Source: an uncultured Gemmatimonadales bacterium
GTDB lineage: Bacteria; Gemmatimonadota; Gemmatimonadetes; Longimicrobiales; RSA9
Reading direction: 5' to 3'
Assembly: GCA_963741945.1 (NCBI GenBank)
Contig: CAVUKA010000004.1
Span: 96,001 to 160,000, forward strand
DNA: 64,000 nt
Shown: piece by piece, positions 18,149 to 27,717 of the stretch
Layout: each line of letters begins with the position of its first letter
Position numbering within the stretch: position 1 is the stretch's first letter
Translations under genes and position numbers: made by a program
Notes under the pieces: generated by a model
Told to the model about the DNA's origin: nothing
The model's database searches: none
Seen by the model: the letters and a program-made list of their open reading frames with translations, nothing else

Positions 18149-20038
18149 ATGAGCACAACCGAAGCGTCCGGCCACGAAGCCTCTTCTCAGGTGGTCACGG
18201 AGCGCGACGCGCGGGAAGTGGCGGAGGCCGCCCGTGAGAAGGAGTGGGTCAAGCCGAGCTTCGTCCGCGAGCTGTTCCTGGGCAATCTGCGGATGGACCT
18301 GATCCATCCACTCCCGGAGCCGGACCCCGAGGCGCTGGCCCGTGGCGAGGAGTTCATTGCGCAGATGGAGGACTTCCTGAAGCGGGAGGTCGACGGTCTC
18401 GCCATCGAGCGCGAGGGGAAGATCCCCGACGAGGTCATGGAGGGGCTGCGTCGCCTGAAAGCGTTCGGCATGAAGATCCCGCAGGAGTACGGCGGGCTGG
18501 GGCTATCCCAGGTGATGTACGGCCGGGCCATTGCCATGATCAGCACCTACTCCTCGGCCATCGGTGTGCTGCTCTCGGCGCACCAGTCCATCGGCGTGCC
18601 ACAGCCGCTGAAGCTGTTCGGAACACCGGAGCAGAAGGAGAAGTACCTGCCTCGCTTCGCCGCCGGCGAGATCTCGGCGTTCGCCCTCACCGAGCCGGAC
18701 GTCGGGTCCGACCCGGCTCGCGTGAAAGCCACGGCCGAGCCCACCGAGGATGGGGAAGCGTTCATCCTGAACGGCCAGAAGCTCTGGTGCACCAACGCGC
18801 CCGTCGCCGACGTGATGGTGGTTATGGCCACCACGCCGCCAGCGCCGGGGGAGAAGCGGCGTCCCATCACCGCCTTCATCGTCGAGAACAGCTGGGAAGG
18901 GGTGCACAACCAGCACCGGCTGGAGTTCATGGGGCTGCGCGGGATCGAGAACGGCCTGATCGCCTTCCAGGACGTCCGGGTCCCGCGGGAGAACATCATC
19001 CTGGGTGAAGGGAAGGGCCTGAAGCTGGCGCTGACCACGCTGAACACGGGCCGCCTGACCGTCCCCATGACCTGCGCGGCCGCCGGGAAGTGGTGCACGC
19101 AGGTGGCACGGGAATTCGCGGCGGAGCGCGTCCAGTGGGGCGCCCCTGTCGGGAAGCACGACGCCGTCGCCCAGATGCTGGGCTACATCGCCACGCACAC
19201 GTTCGCCATGGAAGCCGTGGCCGAAGCATCGTCCGCCCTCGCGGATGACGCGAACACGGACATCCGCCTCGAGGCCGCAATGGCCAAGATGTGGAACTCC
19301 GAGACCGCCTGGAGGGTTGGCGACCTCACCATGCAGATCCGCGGCGGCCGCGGATACGAGACGGCGCACTCGCTGGCCACGCGGGGCGAAGCGCCCGTGC
19401 CGGTGGAGCAGATGCTCCGCGATCTCCGCATCAACATGATCTTCGAGGGGTCGAGCGAGATCATGCGCCTCTTCATCGCACGTGAGGCCGTGGATCCGCA
19501 CCTGCAGGCGGCCGGCAGGTTCGTCGAGCCGGATGCATCGGTGGGGGAGAAGGCCCGCGACGCGGTGGGACTCGGCGCGCACATGGCCAACTGGTATTCC
19601 GGGAACGTGGCGGGCTGGGGCCGCTGGCCGCGTCACGGCGACTTCGGCCCGCTCGCCACGCACATCCGCTTCGCCGAGCGCAGGGCCAGGAAGCTCGCCC
19701 GCACCCTGGCATACGCCATGGGCCGCTATGGCGCCAGCCTGGAGAAGAAGCAGTCCGTGCTCTTCCGGATGGTGGAGGTCGGCGCGGAGCTCTTCGCCAT
19801 CGGCGCCACGTGCAGCTACGCGCTGAAGCGCCACGGTGAGAATGGCTCCGGAAACGGACCGGTCAGGATGGCCGACGTGTTCTGCCGTCATTCCCGGCGG
19901 AAGGTGGACCTGCTGTTCGAGCGCATCTTCGACAATGACGACGACGTCACCTACGCCCTCGCGCAGGAAGTGCTCGACGGCAGGCACGCATGGATGGAGA
20001 AGGGCGTGGCCACCCCGCCGCGGCTGCACCTGGACTGA
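18149..20038 (+). CDS. Acyl-CoA dehydrogenase, long form (VLCAD/ACAD9-like)
   Basis: SAHQSIG, FALTEPDVGSD, GQKLWCTN, RDLRINMIFEGSSEI plus C-terminal extension. Confidence 0.93.
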   Translation: MSTTEASGHEASSQVVTERDAREVAEAAREKEWVKPSFVRELFLGNLRMDLIHPLPEPDPEALARGEEFIAQMEDFLKREVDGLAIEREGKIPDEVMEGLRRLKAFGMKIPQEYGGLGLSQVMYGRAIAMISTYSSAIGVLLSAHQSIGVPQPLKLFGTPEQKEKYLPRFAAGEISAFALTEPDVGSDPARVKATAEPTEDGEAFILNGQKLWCTNAPVADVMVVMATTPPAPGEKRRPITAFIVENSWEGVHNQHRLEFMGLRGIENGLIAFQDVRVPRENIILGEGKGLKLALTTLNTGRLTVPMTCAAAGKWCTQVAREFAAERVQWGAPVGKHDAVAQMLGYIATHTFAMEAVAEASSALADDANTDIRLEAAMAKMWNSETAWRVGDLTMQIRGGRGYETAHSLATRGEAPVPVEQMLRDLRINMIFEGSSEIMRLFIAREAVDPHLQAAGRFVEPDASVGEKARDAVGLGAHMANWYSGNVAGWGRWPRHGDFGPLATHIRFAERRARKLARTLAYAMGRYGASLEKKQSVLFRMVEVGAELFAIGATCSYALKRHGENGSGNGPVRMADVFCRHSRRKVDLLFERIFDNDDDVTYALAQEVLDGRHAWMEKGVATPPRLHLD

Positions 20039-20065
20039 CGCCCCGCCGGCGGGGCGCGAATCCCC

Positions 20066-20095
20066 TTGCCGCAGGGGCATTCCGCCCACTACACT
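20066..20095 (+). promoter_or_regulatory. Candidate sigma70 promoter for AraC-TPR operon
   Basis: TTGCCG-18nt-TACACT. Confidence 0.45.
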
Positions 20096-20132
20096 GCGTG
20101 GAGCCACGCCTCCCCAAACCCCCTGGCCGGCA

Positions 20133-20918
20133 ATGGCACTAATCGCGGCTCTCCTGCCCCACGAGGCAGACCGAAGCGCACTCGGCGCTGCCGTCTTCAG
20201 GCATCAGGTCACATGGGCCCGCAGCTGGCGCGATCTCGGACGTGTGGTGAAGCGGGAGCCGGCCGCAGCCGTTGTGGCGGACCTGCACGCCGAGCCCGGG
20301 AAGGACGGCGTCCTGCGGGTCTATCGACTCGCGCAGCGCTACCCCCTGACCCCCATCCTGGCCTGGGGCGACCTGGACGGCCGCGATCTCTTCCGCCTCG
20401 CAAAAGCGGGCGCATCCGACGTGGTGCCCGCACCGGACGCGGGCAACGCTCCGTTCGTCGCCGAGATCCTCGATGACGCCATGGCCGACCGCGTTGCCCG
20501 TCTGGTGGACGAGCACCTCCGCGGGCGCGTGGGCAGGGAAGGCCGGGCCCTCGTGCAGTCCGCGGCCGCGAAGATCCCGGAAGGAATCCAGGTGCCGGAC
20601 CTGGCAGCGGCCCACGGCCTTTCGGTCTCCACACTCGAGCGTCGTTGCGAGCAGTGGGGGATCACCACGCCCGGCCGCCTGCTCCTCTGGCTCCGGATCA
20701 TTTACGGCCTCAACTGGCTGCAGGAGCCGGGGCGCAGCGTCGAGTCCGTCGCCGGGCAGCTCGGCTATTCGTCGGGCGCCGCGTTCCGTCGCGCGATCAA
20801 GGTGACCGTGGGCGGCAGGCCCACGCCCCTGCGCGACGGCGCCGGCCTGATGACCGCGCTCGAAGCGTTCGCCGAGGCCTGTCCCGGGGAGACGGCCGGG
20901 GACCGGGAGGAGAAATGA
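20133..20918 (+). CDS. AraC-family regulator with receiver-like N-terminus
   Basis: LAAAHGLSVSTLERR and SVESVAGQLGYSSGAAFRRA double HTH; VVADLHAEPGKDG resembles REC beta3 loop. Confidence 0.85.
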   Translation: MALIAALLPHEADRSALGAAVFRHQVTWARSWRDLGRVVKREPAAAVVADLHAEPGKDGVLRVYRLAQRYPLTPILAWGDLDGRDLFRLAKAGASDVVPAPDAGNAPFVAEILDDAMADRVARLVDEHLRGRVGREGRALVQSAAAKIPEGIQVPDLAAAHGLSVSTLERRCEQWGITTPGRLLLWLRIIYGLNWLQEPGRSVESVAGQLGYSSGAAFRRAIKVTVGGRPTPLRDGAGLMTALEAFAEACPGETAGDREEK

Positions 20919-22201
20919 TGGCGCGCTACGATCGCATTGCCCGGCTCGAGCCGCCCCCCCGGGAGAACGCCTTCCCGGGATGGCATACGCTGCGGGACCT
21001 CGAGGGACGGGAACGGGAGCCGGAGCTCGGCCGCCGCGCCCGCCTCCGCTTCCTCGCCATCCGACCGGTGCTCCGGCTCCTGGCGCGGGGGCTCGAGGCC
21101 ATGGACACCGCTTCCTTCCAGCGGCAGCTCGACTCGGTCCGTGAGGAGCTCGGCCATCTCCCTGCCCGTGACCCGGAGCGGGCATGCATCGCGGATTACC
21201 TCAAGGCCGTCGGAGGTCGGACGCCCGAAGGCATCGCCGGCGCCACGCTGGACGTTGGCAGGGCAGCCGAGGCGAGCGGTCACCCGTTCGCCGCGGAGGA
21301 GTTCTACCAGGCCGGTCTCCGGATCGCCGAGGAGTACGGGCTGGATGATGCACGGCTGCAGGCGCTCCGCCGCATTGCCACGATCCAGCGCAGGCGCGGT
21401 GACGCCGACTCGGCTCTCGCCACGCTCGGCCGCGCGGCCGCGCTGGCGGAGCGGGTGGGTGATCTCGTCGAGTGGGCTCGCGCTCTCGATGGCGTGGCGG
21501 CGGTGGCACTCCGCCTCGGCGATGTCGAGCGCGCCCGTGAGGCGCTCGACCGCATCGACGAGCGTGGCCGCTCCGCCCGGCACGAGCGTGTCCGCGCCGT
21601 GGCCGCGGCGGGCAGGTGCGCCCTAGAGATCGCGGTGGGTAGCCCGGAGGCCGCTGTGGAAGCCGGCTGGCAGGCCATCGACCGCCTCGGGCCGGACGAC
21701 GAGGACCGGAATGGTGTCCTGCTGAACATGGGCGCCGGGTTCCGCCGGCTCCGCCTGTTCCCGGCCGCCGTCTCCTGCTATCGAATCATCGAGCGCTGGT
21801 CCGCGTGGCCGGAGCACCGCATCGAGGCGCAGGTGGAGAGCGCCGCCGTGGCCGCCGAGATGGGAGATACGGAAGCGTTCCGGCGCAATGAGGCAGCCGT
21901 CGTCGCCTCCCTCGATCGCGCCGATCCGGGGACCGCGGGACTCGCAGCCCTCGGCCTCGGTCGTGCCGCCATGGTGATGGGAGAGACCGGACCCGCCCGC
22001 GACCACCTGCGCCACGCCATTGCTGTCGCGCGTGACGCCGACGACGCCTCGGTCCTCACCCGCGCCGAGGAGCTCCTGTCGGCCCTGGAACGGGACGTGG
22101 AGGCCGAGACCATGGTCGCTCCGGCAACACCGTCGGATGGAAGCCGGAATATCGCCCGCCGCGTGGAAGAGCTCTCCCGCGAGCTGGTCCCCACCATCTG
22201 A
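20915..22201 (+). CDS. TPR-like alpha-helical repeat protein
   Basis: Repeated Ala/Leu helical pairs (LLNMGAGFRRL, ALGLGRAA); ATGA-coupled to the AraC gene with GGAGG RBS. Confidence 0.7.
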   Translation: MMARYDRIARLEPPPRENAFPGWHTLRDLEGREREPELGRRARLRFLAIRPVLRLLARGLEAMDTASFQRQLDSVREELGHLPARDPERACIADYLKAVGGRTPEGIAGATLDVGRAAEASGHPFAAEEFYQAGLRIAEEYGLDDARLQALRRIATIQRRRGDADSALATLGRAAALAERVGDLVEWARALDGVAAVALRLGDVERAREALDRIDERGRSARHERVRAVAAAGRCALEIAVGSPEAAVEAGWQAIDRLGPDDEDRNGVLLNMGAGFRRLRLFPAAVSCYRIIERWSAWPEHRIEAQVESAAVAAEMGDTEAFRRNEAAVVASLDRADPGTAGLAALGLGRAAMVMGETGPARDHLRHAIAVARDADDASVLTRAEELLSALERDVEAETMVAPATPSDGSRNIARRVEELSRELVPTI

Positions 22202-22234
22202 CGCCGGAGCGACGGGCACAGCCGCTGGCGGCGG

Positions 22235-22426
22235 TCACGACAGGACGTCGCGCCTCCCTTCCCGTACTTCGCGCACCCAGTAGCTGTAGTCGATGGCGGC
22301 CGCCAGCGCCGCCTCGATGCTCCGCACTACGTCCCGCTCCCCCACTTCCTGCCGCGCACGCTCCACCAGCGCCTCATCCAGCACGAACGTGTGCGGCCGC
22401 CGCGCTGCCCGCTCTTGCGTCGCCAT
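22235..22426 (-). CDS. Small hypothetical protein, possible ribbon-helix-helix
   Basis: 63 aa, HTFVLDEALVERAR pattern reminiscent of RHH/VapB N-termini. Confidence 0.55.
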   Translation of the reverse strand: MATQERAARRPHTFVLDEALVERARQEVGERDVVRSIEAALAAAIDYSYWVREVREGRRDVLS

Positions 22427-22521
22427 GCCCGCCCCTTCGTTCAGGTCCGCACCGACTCTGAGGCCCGGAGCGGGGCATTGCCATGGCGATCAGGGACGGA
22501 CCACCGCTGCGCCCATGAGCA

Positions 22522-22809
22522 TCAGAGGGGCGGAAGCTGGCCGTTCTCCCGCCGGACATCCTTCGCGCCGTGCCGGACGGCCAGCCCCATCCCCGCGCCG
22601 AAGGCCAGGGCCGTGCCGCCTCCCACCACGGGTAGCAGCCAGACCACCGGGCCCGCGGCCAGCGTCGCGACCACGCCCACGGCCACGGGCGCGGCCCGCC
22701 ACTGGATCGTATCCACGAAGCGCAGCCGCTTTCGCACGAACTGACGGACTTTCACATAGCCGGCGCCGATCCCCCCGGCGGCGGCGCCCAGAACGAGAAG
22801 CTCGATCAT
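22522..22809 (-). CDS. Small membrane protein
   Basis: AAGGAGGA RBS, three hydrophobic Gly/Ala-rich segments. Confidence 0.7.
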   Translation of the reverse strand: MIELLVLGAAAGGIGAGYVKVRQFVRKRLRFVDTIQWRAAPVAVGVVATLAAGPVVWLLPVVGGGTALAFGAGMGLAVRHGAKDVRRENGQLPPL

Positions 22810-22905
22810 GGTTTCCTCCTTGCCCATCATGACGGCGGCGGGCGGCTCCGGGTTTCGGGCGGGCGCGTCCTTCCCGTTTTCACCAACCGTGCCTACCTTT
22901 CCATC

Positions 22906-23283
22906 ATGACCGAGCCAAGGCAGCTGATCGTCGTCGGCGACCGCGTCCTGATCGAGCCGGAGGAGGGAGAGGAGCGGTCCCACGTGGGCCTCTATCTCCC
23001 GGCCACCGCGGTCGACAACCAAGCGGTGCAGGCGGGCACGATCGTCGCCACGGGCCCGGGCACACCCATTTCCGCGCCCACCGACCTGGGCGACGAGCCG
23101 TGGCGGATCGCGAGCGGCGAGGGGAAGTTCCTCCCTGTTCAGGCCCGGAAGGGAGACTACGCCATCTTCTTCCGACGCGCGGCCGTGGAGATCACGTTCG
23201 AGGGGCGGAAGTACCTGGTGGTGCCCCAGGCCGCGATCCTGGTCCTGCTGCGCGGAACTTCGGAACCCGACGAGGGTTGGTAA
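22906..23283 (+). CDS. GroES/Cpn10-family co-chaperonin (no adjacent groEL)
   Basis: VVGDRVLI, GLYLP, GTIVATGPG, GD..IF, YLVV..AAIL. Confidence 0.85.
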   Translation: MTEPRQLIVVGDRVLIEPEEGEERSHVGLYLPATAVDNQAVQAGTIVATGPGTPISAPTDLGDEPWRIASGEGKFLPVQARKGDYAIFFRRAAVEITFEGRKYLVVPQAAILVLLRGTSEPDEGW

Positions 23284-23306
23284 TGCGTCGGAACCGCATG
23301 GATGCG

Positions 23307-23333
23307 CGGCCCCGCCACGGGGCCGTTTTTTTT
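23307..23333 (+). terminator. Intrinsic terminator after groES-like gene
   Basis: CGGCCCC-gccac-GGGGCCG followed by a run of T. Confidence 0.8.
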
Positions 23334-23342
23334 GGATGATGC

Positions 23343-24233
23343 ATGCTGCCGAACACCGAGAACTACCTGGTCCGCGCCACGGCCTTCAACGGCACGGTGC
23401 GAGCGCTGGCCGTCAATTCCACGGAAGCGGTCCGCGAGCTGGCGCGACTGCAGGGAACGGAGCCTGCCACGACGGCGGCTCTCGGGCGGGTCGCCACCGG
23501 CACCCTGCTCCTGGGCTCCACGCTCAAGAAGGCCAGCCACCTGGTGACGGTCCGTGTGAGCGGCGGCGGCCCGGTGGGCGTGCTGCTCGCTTCCGCGAAC
23601 GGGCGCGGCGAGGTCCGGGGCCTGGTGAGCAATCCGCGCACGGGTGTCACCCAGACGGTGAATGGCAAGCTCAACGTGGCTGGCGTGGTGGGTACCGAGG
23701 GGCGCCTGACGGTGATCAAGGACCTGGGGCTCCGGGAGCCGTACAACAGCACGGTCGAGCTGGTCTCGGGTGAGATCGGGAAGGACTTCGCCTACTACTT
23801 CGCCCGCTCGGAGCAGCTGCCGTCGGCCGTCGGGCTGGGCGTGTTCGTCGACCGGGCGGGCGGGGTGGTGGCGGCGGGCGGGTACATCATCCAGATCCTG
23901 GGCGGGCTGCCGGAGGACGACGCCATGGCGATCGAGCGGGAAGTCGCCTCACTGCCGCACCCCACGTCCATGATCCGGGCGGGCGACACCCCCGAAGACA
24001 TGCTCGCCCGCGTCTTCGGCGATGACTTCAATGTGCTCGACCGCACACCCGTCCGGTTCCACTGTCCGTGCAGTCGCGATCGCGCCGCGCGCGCGCTGAT
24101 CCTCCTGGGACCGGCGGAGATCGATGCCATTGCCGAGCAACAGGCGGAGCGTGGACACGCGGACGTGACCTGCGAGTTCTGTGGCGCCAACTACCGGTTC
24201 ACGCTGGCCCAGCTGGCCGCGTTGAAGAATTGA
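23343..24233 (+). CDS. hslO: Hsp33 redox-regulated chaperone
   Basis: ALGR, VELVSGEIG.D..YY..SEQLPS, GGY, CPC...CEFC zinc switch. Confidence 0.95.
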   Translation: MLPNTENYLVRATAFNGTVRALAVNSTEAVRELARLQGTEPATTAALGRVATGTLLLGSTLKKASHLVTVRVSGGGPVGVLLASANGRGEVRGLVSNPRTGVTQTVNGKLNVAGVVGTEGRLTVIKDLGLREPYNSTVELVSGEIGKDFAYYFARSEQLPSAVGLGVFVDRAGGVVAAGGYIIQILGGLPEDDAMAIEREVASLPHPTSMIRAGDTPEDMLARVFGDDFNVLDRTPVRFHCPCSRDRAARALILLGPAEIDAIAEQQAERGHADVTCEFCGANYRFTLAQLAALKN

Positions 24234-24300
24234 GCCCTTGCCCGGGGGCCGCGGCCGGGTTCACATTACTGGACCTCCCCGCCGTTCCCGCAGGATCAAA

Positions 24301-25083
24301 ATGCATCTGAAGCGACGACGCAGGGCAGAGATCTGTCGGCCTCGGGGACTCATCGAGGACCTGGAACGACTCGTCAAGCGCGTGCTCGCGCTGCCGCTCC
24401 TCGCACCCGTGCTCCTGTTCGGCGGGTGGGGACTGGGGAAGATCACGGTCCGGGAGATCATGCTCCCGGCGGAGGTGCCCGTGCAGATCGCGGCCGCATC
24501 CCACACGCCGCGCGCGCAGCTGGAAGCGCTCAGCGAACACATGAGCGCCGTTCGCGACGACGGGCACGACACCGAGGAATACGTGCTCCTCTACCGCACC
24601 CACGTCCGGCCCGTGGAGAAGTCGCTGGTGCGCCGGGGCGTCCCCTCCACGCTCGCGCGCCAGGTCGCCTGGCCCCTCGTCCAGAACGCGTACGAGCGGG
24701 GACTCGACCCCGCCACCGTGGCGGCGGTGGTCCTCGTGGAATCCCGCGGTAAGCCCCGCGCCACCAGCTTCGTTGGCGCCCGGGGGCTCATGCAGGTCAT
24801 GCCGATGCACGAGGGCCAGTGGCGCGGCTGCGGGGACGACCTGTACGACATCGACACCAACCTCTGTTACGGCACGAGCATCCTGTCCTGGCTGCTGCGT
24901 CGTTACGGCGGCGACGAGAAGCGCGCGCTCCTGGCGTACAACGGCTGCGTCCGTGGCACCAACACGCCCGATTGCGGCACGTACCCGTCCAAGGTGCGCC
25001 GCGAGCGCGACCGGCTCCGCCGTGAGTGGACCCCGGCTTCGCCCGACCTCCCCGTCGGCATCGGGGTGGCCGCGTCGCGCTGA
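24301..25083 (+). CDS. Lytic transglycosylase (SLT domain), membrane anchored
   Basis: VLVES (catalytic Glu), GARGLMQVMP, ALLAYNG; start uncertain. Confidence 0.88.
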   Translation: MHLKRRRRAEICRPRGLIEDLERLVKRVLALPLLAPVLLFGGWGLGKITVREIMLPAEVPVQIAAASHTPRAQLEALSEHMSAVRDDGHDTEEYVLLYRTHVRPVEKSLVRRGVPSTLARQVAWPLVQNAYERGLDPATVAAVVLVESRGKPRATSFVGARGLMQVMPMHEGQWRGCGDDLYDIDTNLCYGTSILSWLLRRYGGDEKRALLAYNGCVRGTNTPDCGTYPSKVRRERDRLRREWTPASPDLPVGIGVAASR

Positions 25084-25147
25084 GCGGCGGCGGGCGGGGC
25101 CGCCGGCATGACCCCGGCCGGCCGGACCCCGTCCGACAGGTGAATCC

Positions 25148-26509
25148 TTAGCGGCGGCCGAGCTCCTCCCACAGGTAGGCGGCCGAGTGCGTGCCCTTCT
25201 CGAACGCGCGCACCGCGAGCCACTCGTCCGGCGCGTGCGCGTTCTCGCCGGGCATCCCGAAGCCCATGAGCAGCACCGGCGCGTCCAGCACCTGCTCGAA
25301 TTCGGGCACGATCGGGATCGACCCCCCTTCACCGGCGTAGGCGACATCGGCGCCCCACGCTTTCTCCATCGCCCGCTCCGCGGCGGAGTACAGCTCGCTC
25401 CCCAGCGTGGCGCGCCACGGATGCCCCCCGTGCAGCGCCCGCACCTCGACCATGACGCCCTGTGGCGCGACGGCCTCGATGTGCCGCCGTGCCAGTTCCT
25501 CGATGCGCTTCGGATCCTGGTCCGGGACCAGCCGGAAGCTGATCTTCGCCATGGCACGGGAGGGGAGCACCGTCTTCGCACCCTCCCCGGTGTACCCGCT
25601 CAGCAGACCGTTCACTTCCACGGTGGGCCGGATCCACAGCCGCTCCGGGGTGCTGTAGCCCACCTCGCCCACCTCCTCCGCCCCCGTGTCGGCGCGAAAG
25701 CCTTCCACGTCGAACGGCACGTTGGCCAGCCTGGCCCGGTATTCCTCCATCGGCTGGACATCGTCGTAGAAGCCGGGAATGGTGGCGTGCCAGTTGTCGT
25801 CATGCATGGTGGCGATGATCCGTGCCAGCGCCGTGGCCGGATTCAGCACTGCGCCGCCGTAGCTCCCGCTGTGGAGGTCGGTCTTCGGGCCGCGCACGTG
25901 CACTTCCAGGTACGTCAGCCCGCGCAGCGACGTGCCGATGGTGGGGACGTCCTCCGCCACCATGGTGGTGTCGCTGATGACCACGTAATCGCAGGCGAGG
26001 CGGTCCTTATGGGCCTGTATGAAGGGCATGAGGTTCTCGCTCCCGACCTCCTCCTCTCCTTCCGCCACCACCACCACGTTGACGGGGAGGGAGCCGTTCG
26101 CCTTCATGTGCGCCTCTATGGCCTTCACATGGAGGAAGAGCTGGCCCTTGTCGTCCACCGCTCCGCGGGCGTAGATCCGACCGTCGCGCTCCTCGGGCTC
26201 GAACGGCGGCGACGTCCACTCGTCCAGCGGCTCGGGCGGCTGGACGTCATAGTGCCCGTAGATCAGCACGGTGGGCGCGCCGCCAGCCGCGCCCCGGTAC
26301 TCGCCCACGACAATGGGGAAGCCGTCCGTGGGCTCGATGGAGGTCTCCAGCCCCGCATCGCGCATCCGGTCGGCGAGCCACTCGGCGGCATTCTGCATGT
26401 CGCCGACGTTCTCAGACTTGGCGCTGATGCTCGGGATCCGGAGGAAGGCGTCCAGCTCCTCGCGGAAGCGGGACATGTTCTGGTCGATGTACTCGTGGAC
26501 GTCCGCCAT
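25148..26509 (-). CDS. M20 family dipeptidase
   Basis: YGHYDVQP, ARGAVDDKGQ, EGEEEVGS, DLHSG, GGSIP, HAPDE. Confidence 0.94.
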   Translation of the reverse strand: MADVHEYIDQNMSRFREELDAFLRIPSISAKSENVGDMQNAAEWLADRMRDAGLETSIEPTDGFPIVVGEYRGAAGGAPTVLIYGHYDVQPPEPLDEWTSPPFEPEERDGRIYARGAVDDKGQLFLHVKAIEAHMKANGSLPVNVVVVAEGEEEVGSENLMPFIQAHKDRLACDYVVISDTTMVAEDVPTIGTSLRGLTYLEVHVRGPKTDLHSGSYGGAVLNPATALARIIATMHDDNWHATIPGFYDDVQPMEEYRARLANVPFDVEGFRADTGAEEVGEVGYSTPERLWIRPTVEVNGLLSGYTGEGAKTVLPSRAMAKISFRLVPDQDPKRIEELARRHIEAVAPQGVMVEVRALHGGHPWRATLGSELYSAAERAMEKAWGADVAYAGEGGSIPIVPEFEQVLDAPVLLMGFGMPGENAHAPDEWLAVRAFEKGTHSAAYLWEELGRR

Positions 26510-26617
26510 GGTTGTGCCTCCGGTTCGGGTCGTGACCTGCCGCGGATGTAGCGCGAACGGACCCCCTCGGCAAGCGTGGCCGGGCCCCCTCTCCGTCCCG
26601 GCAGCCGGCCGGCGTCG

Positions 26618-27658
26618 CTAGACCGCGACCGACGCCGGCGGGAGCGTGGAGCTCAGGGTGTGCCAGTAGAGGTGGACGGCCGTCGGCTCCCGCTCCATGA
26701 GCGACAGCAGCGCGGCCGCCGTCTTGGCCGTGTACGTGGGGTCGAGCTCGATGCTGCGCTCGGCGAACCACGCCGTGGCCCGGTCCCCCGCCTCCGTGGG
26801 GTGGCCGTATCCCGCTCCGAACCAGTCGTCCACCAGCTCGACGCGCGCCAGCACTTCGTCGGCGCTCGGGAGATCCACGCCCCCACCCTCGAGGAGCCGA
26901 AGACCTCCATCCACCAGGGCCCGCAACCGGCGCGCGTTGGCCACGGTGCCCGGGACGATGCGGACACCGGTGATGACACCCGCCGGCGCGGGGAGCCCGA
27001 CGGCCGGCGCCAGCGCGCAGCCGATCGCCAGCCCCGAGATCGTGCCCAGTGTCCCCGCGGCCACGGTGATCCGGTCGGCCTGCGGGGCGACGCCGCCCGC
27101 GACCTGCTCGGCCAGCTCCAGCGCGCCGCCCACGTGGCCGAGCACCCCCAGCGGGCTCGAGCCGCCGCCGGGGATCACGTACGGGTGGTCTCGCCGCCGT
27201 CGCAGGCGCGCCGCGATTTCGGCGAACGGCAGGGTGGCCCAGCTGGAGCAGCGCCGGACCTCGTCCGCCCACGCCCGGTTGAGCGCCGCGATCTCCCGCG
27301 CGTGCGGAGTGTCCGGCTGCGGGAAGACCACGAGCGTGGTGGGAAGCCCGGCGAGGCGGCCGTGGACGGCCGTCGCCAGGCAGTGGTGCGACGCCTCCAC
27401 CCCGGAGGTGATGAGCCGCCGGTGCCCTTCCGCCCTGGCCGCCGCCACCAGGTACTCCAGCTTCCGCACCTTGTTGCCGCCGTAAAGCGGGCTGGACCGA
27501 TCGTCGCGCTTCACCCACAGCTCGCCCGTGAAGCCGCCTGCGACACCGGCCACGCGCTCCACCGCTGTGGGCCAGTCCCCCAGCGGAAGCCACGGGATCT
27601 GCGCCTCCAGACCGGGGAGTGCGCGGAAGAGCGGGTTTGATGACAGGGTGTCGTGCAT
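26618..27658 (-). CDS. D-cysteine desulfhydrase / ACC deaminase family PLP enzyme
   Basis: LWVKRDD, YGGNKVRKLEY, IPGGGS, LDPTYTAK. Confidence 0.9.
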   Translation of the reverse strand: MHDTLSSNPLFRALPGLEAQIPWLPLGDWPTAVERVAGVAGGFTGELWVKRDDRSSPLYGGNKVRKLEYLVAAARAEGHRRLITSGVEASHHCLATAVHGRLAGLPTTLVVFPQPDTPHAREIAALNRAWADEVRRCSSWATLPFAEIAARLRRRRDHPYVIPGGGSSPLGVLGHVGGALELAEQVAGGVAPQADRITVAAGTLGTISGLAIGCALAPAVGLPAPAGVITGVRIVPGTVANARRLRALVDGGLRLLEGGGVDLPSADEVLARVELVDDWFGAGYGHPTEAGDRATAWFAERSIELDPTYTAKTAAALLSLMEREPTAVHLYWHTLSSTLPPASVAV

Positions 27659-27717
27659 TCCGGCAAAGTAACAGCCGGTCTGGCGCGCGCACGTCCCTCG
27701 TCGCATGCTCACCCGGA

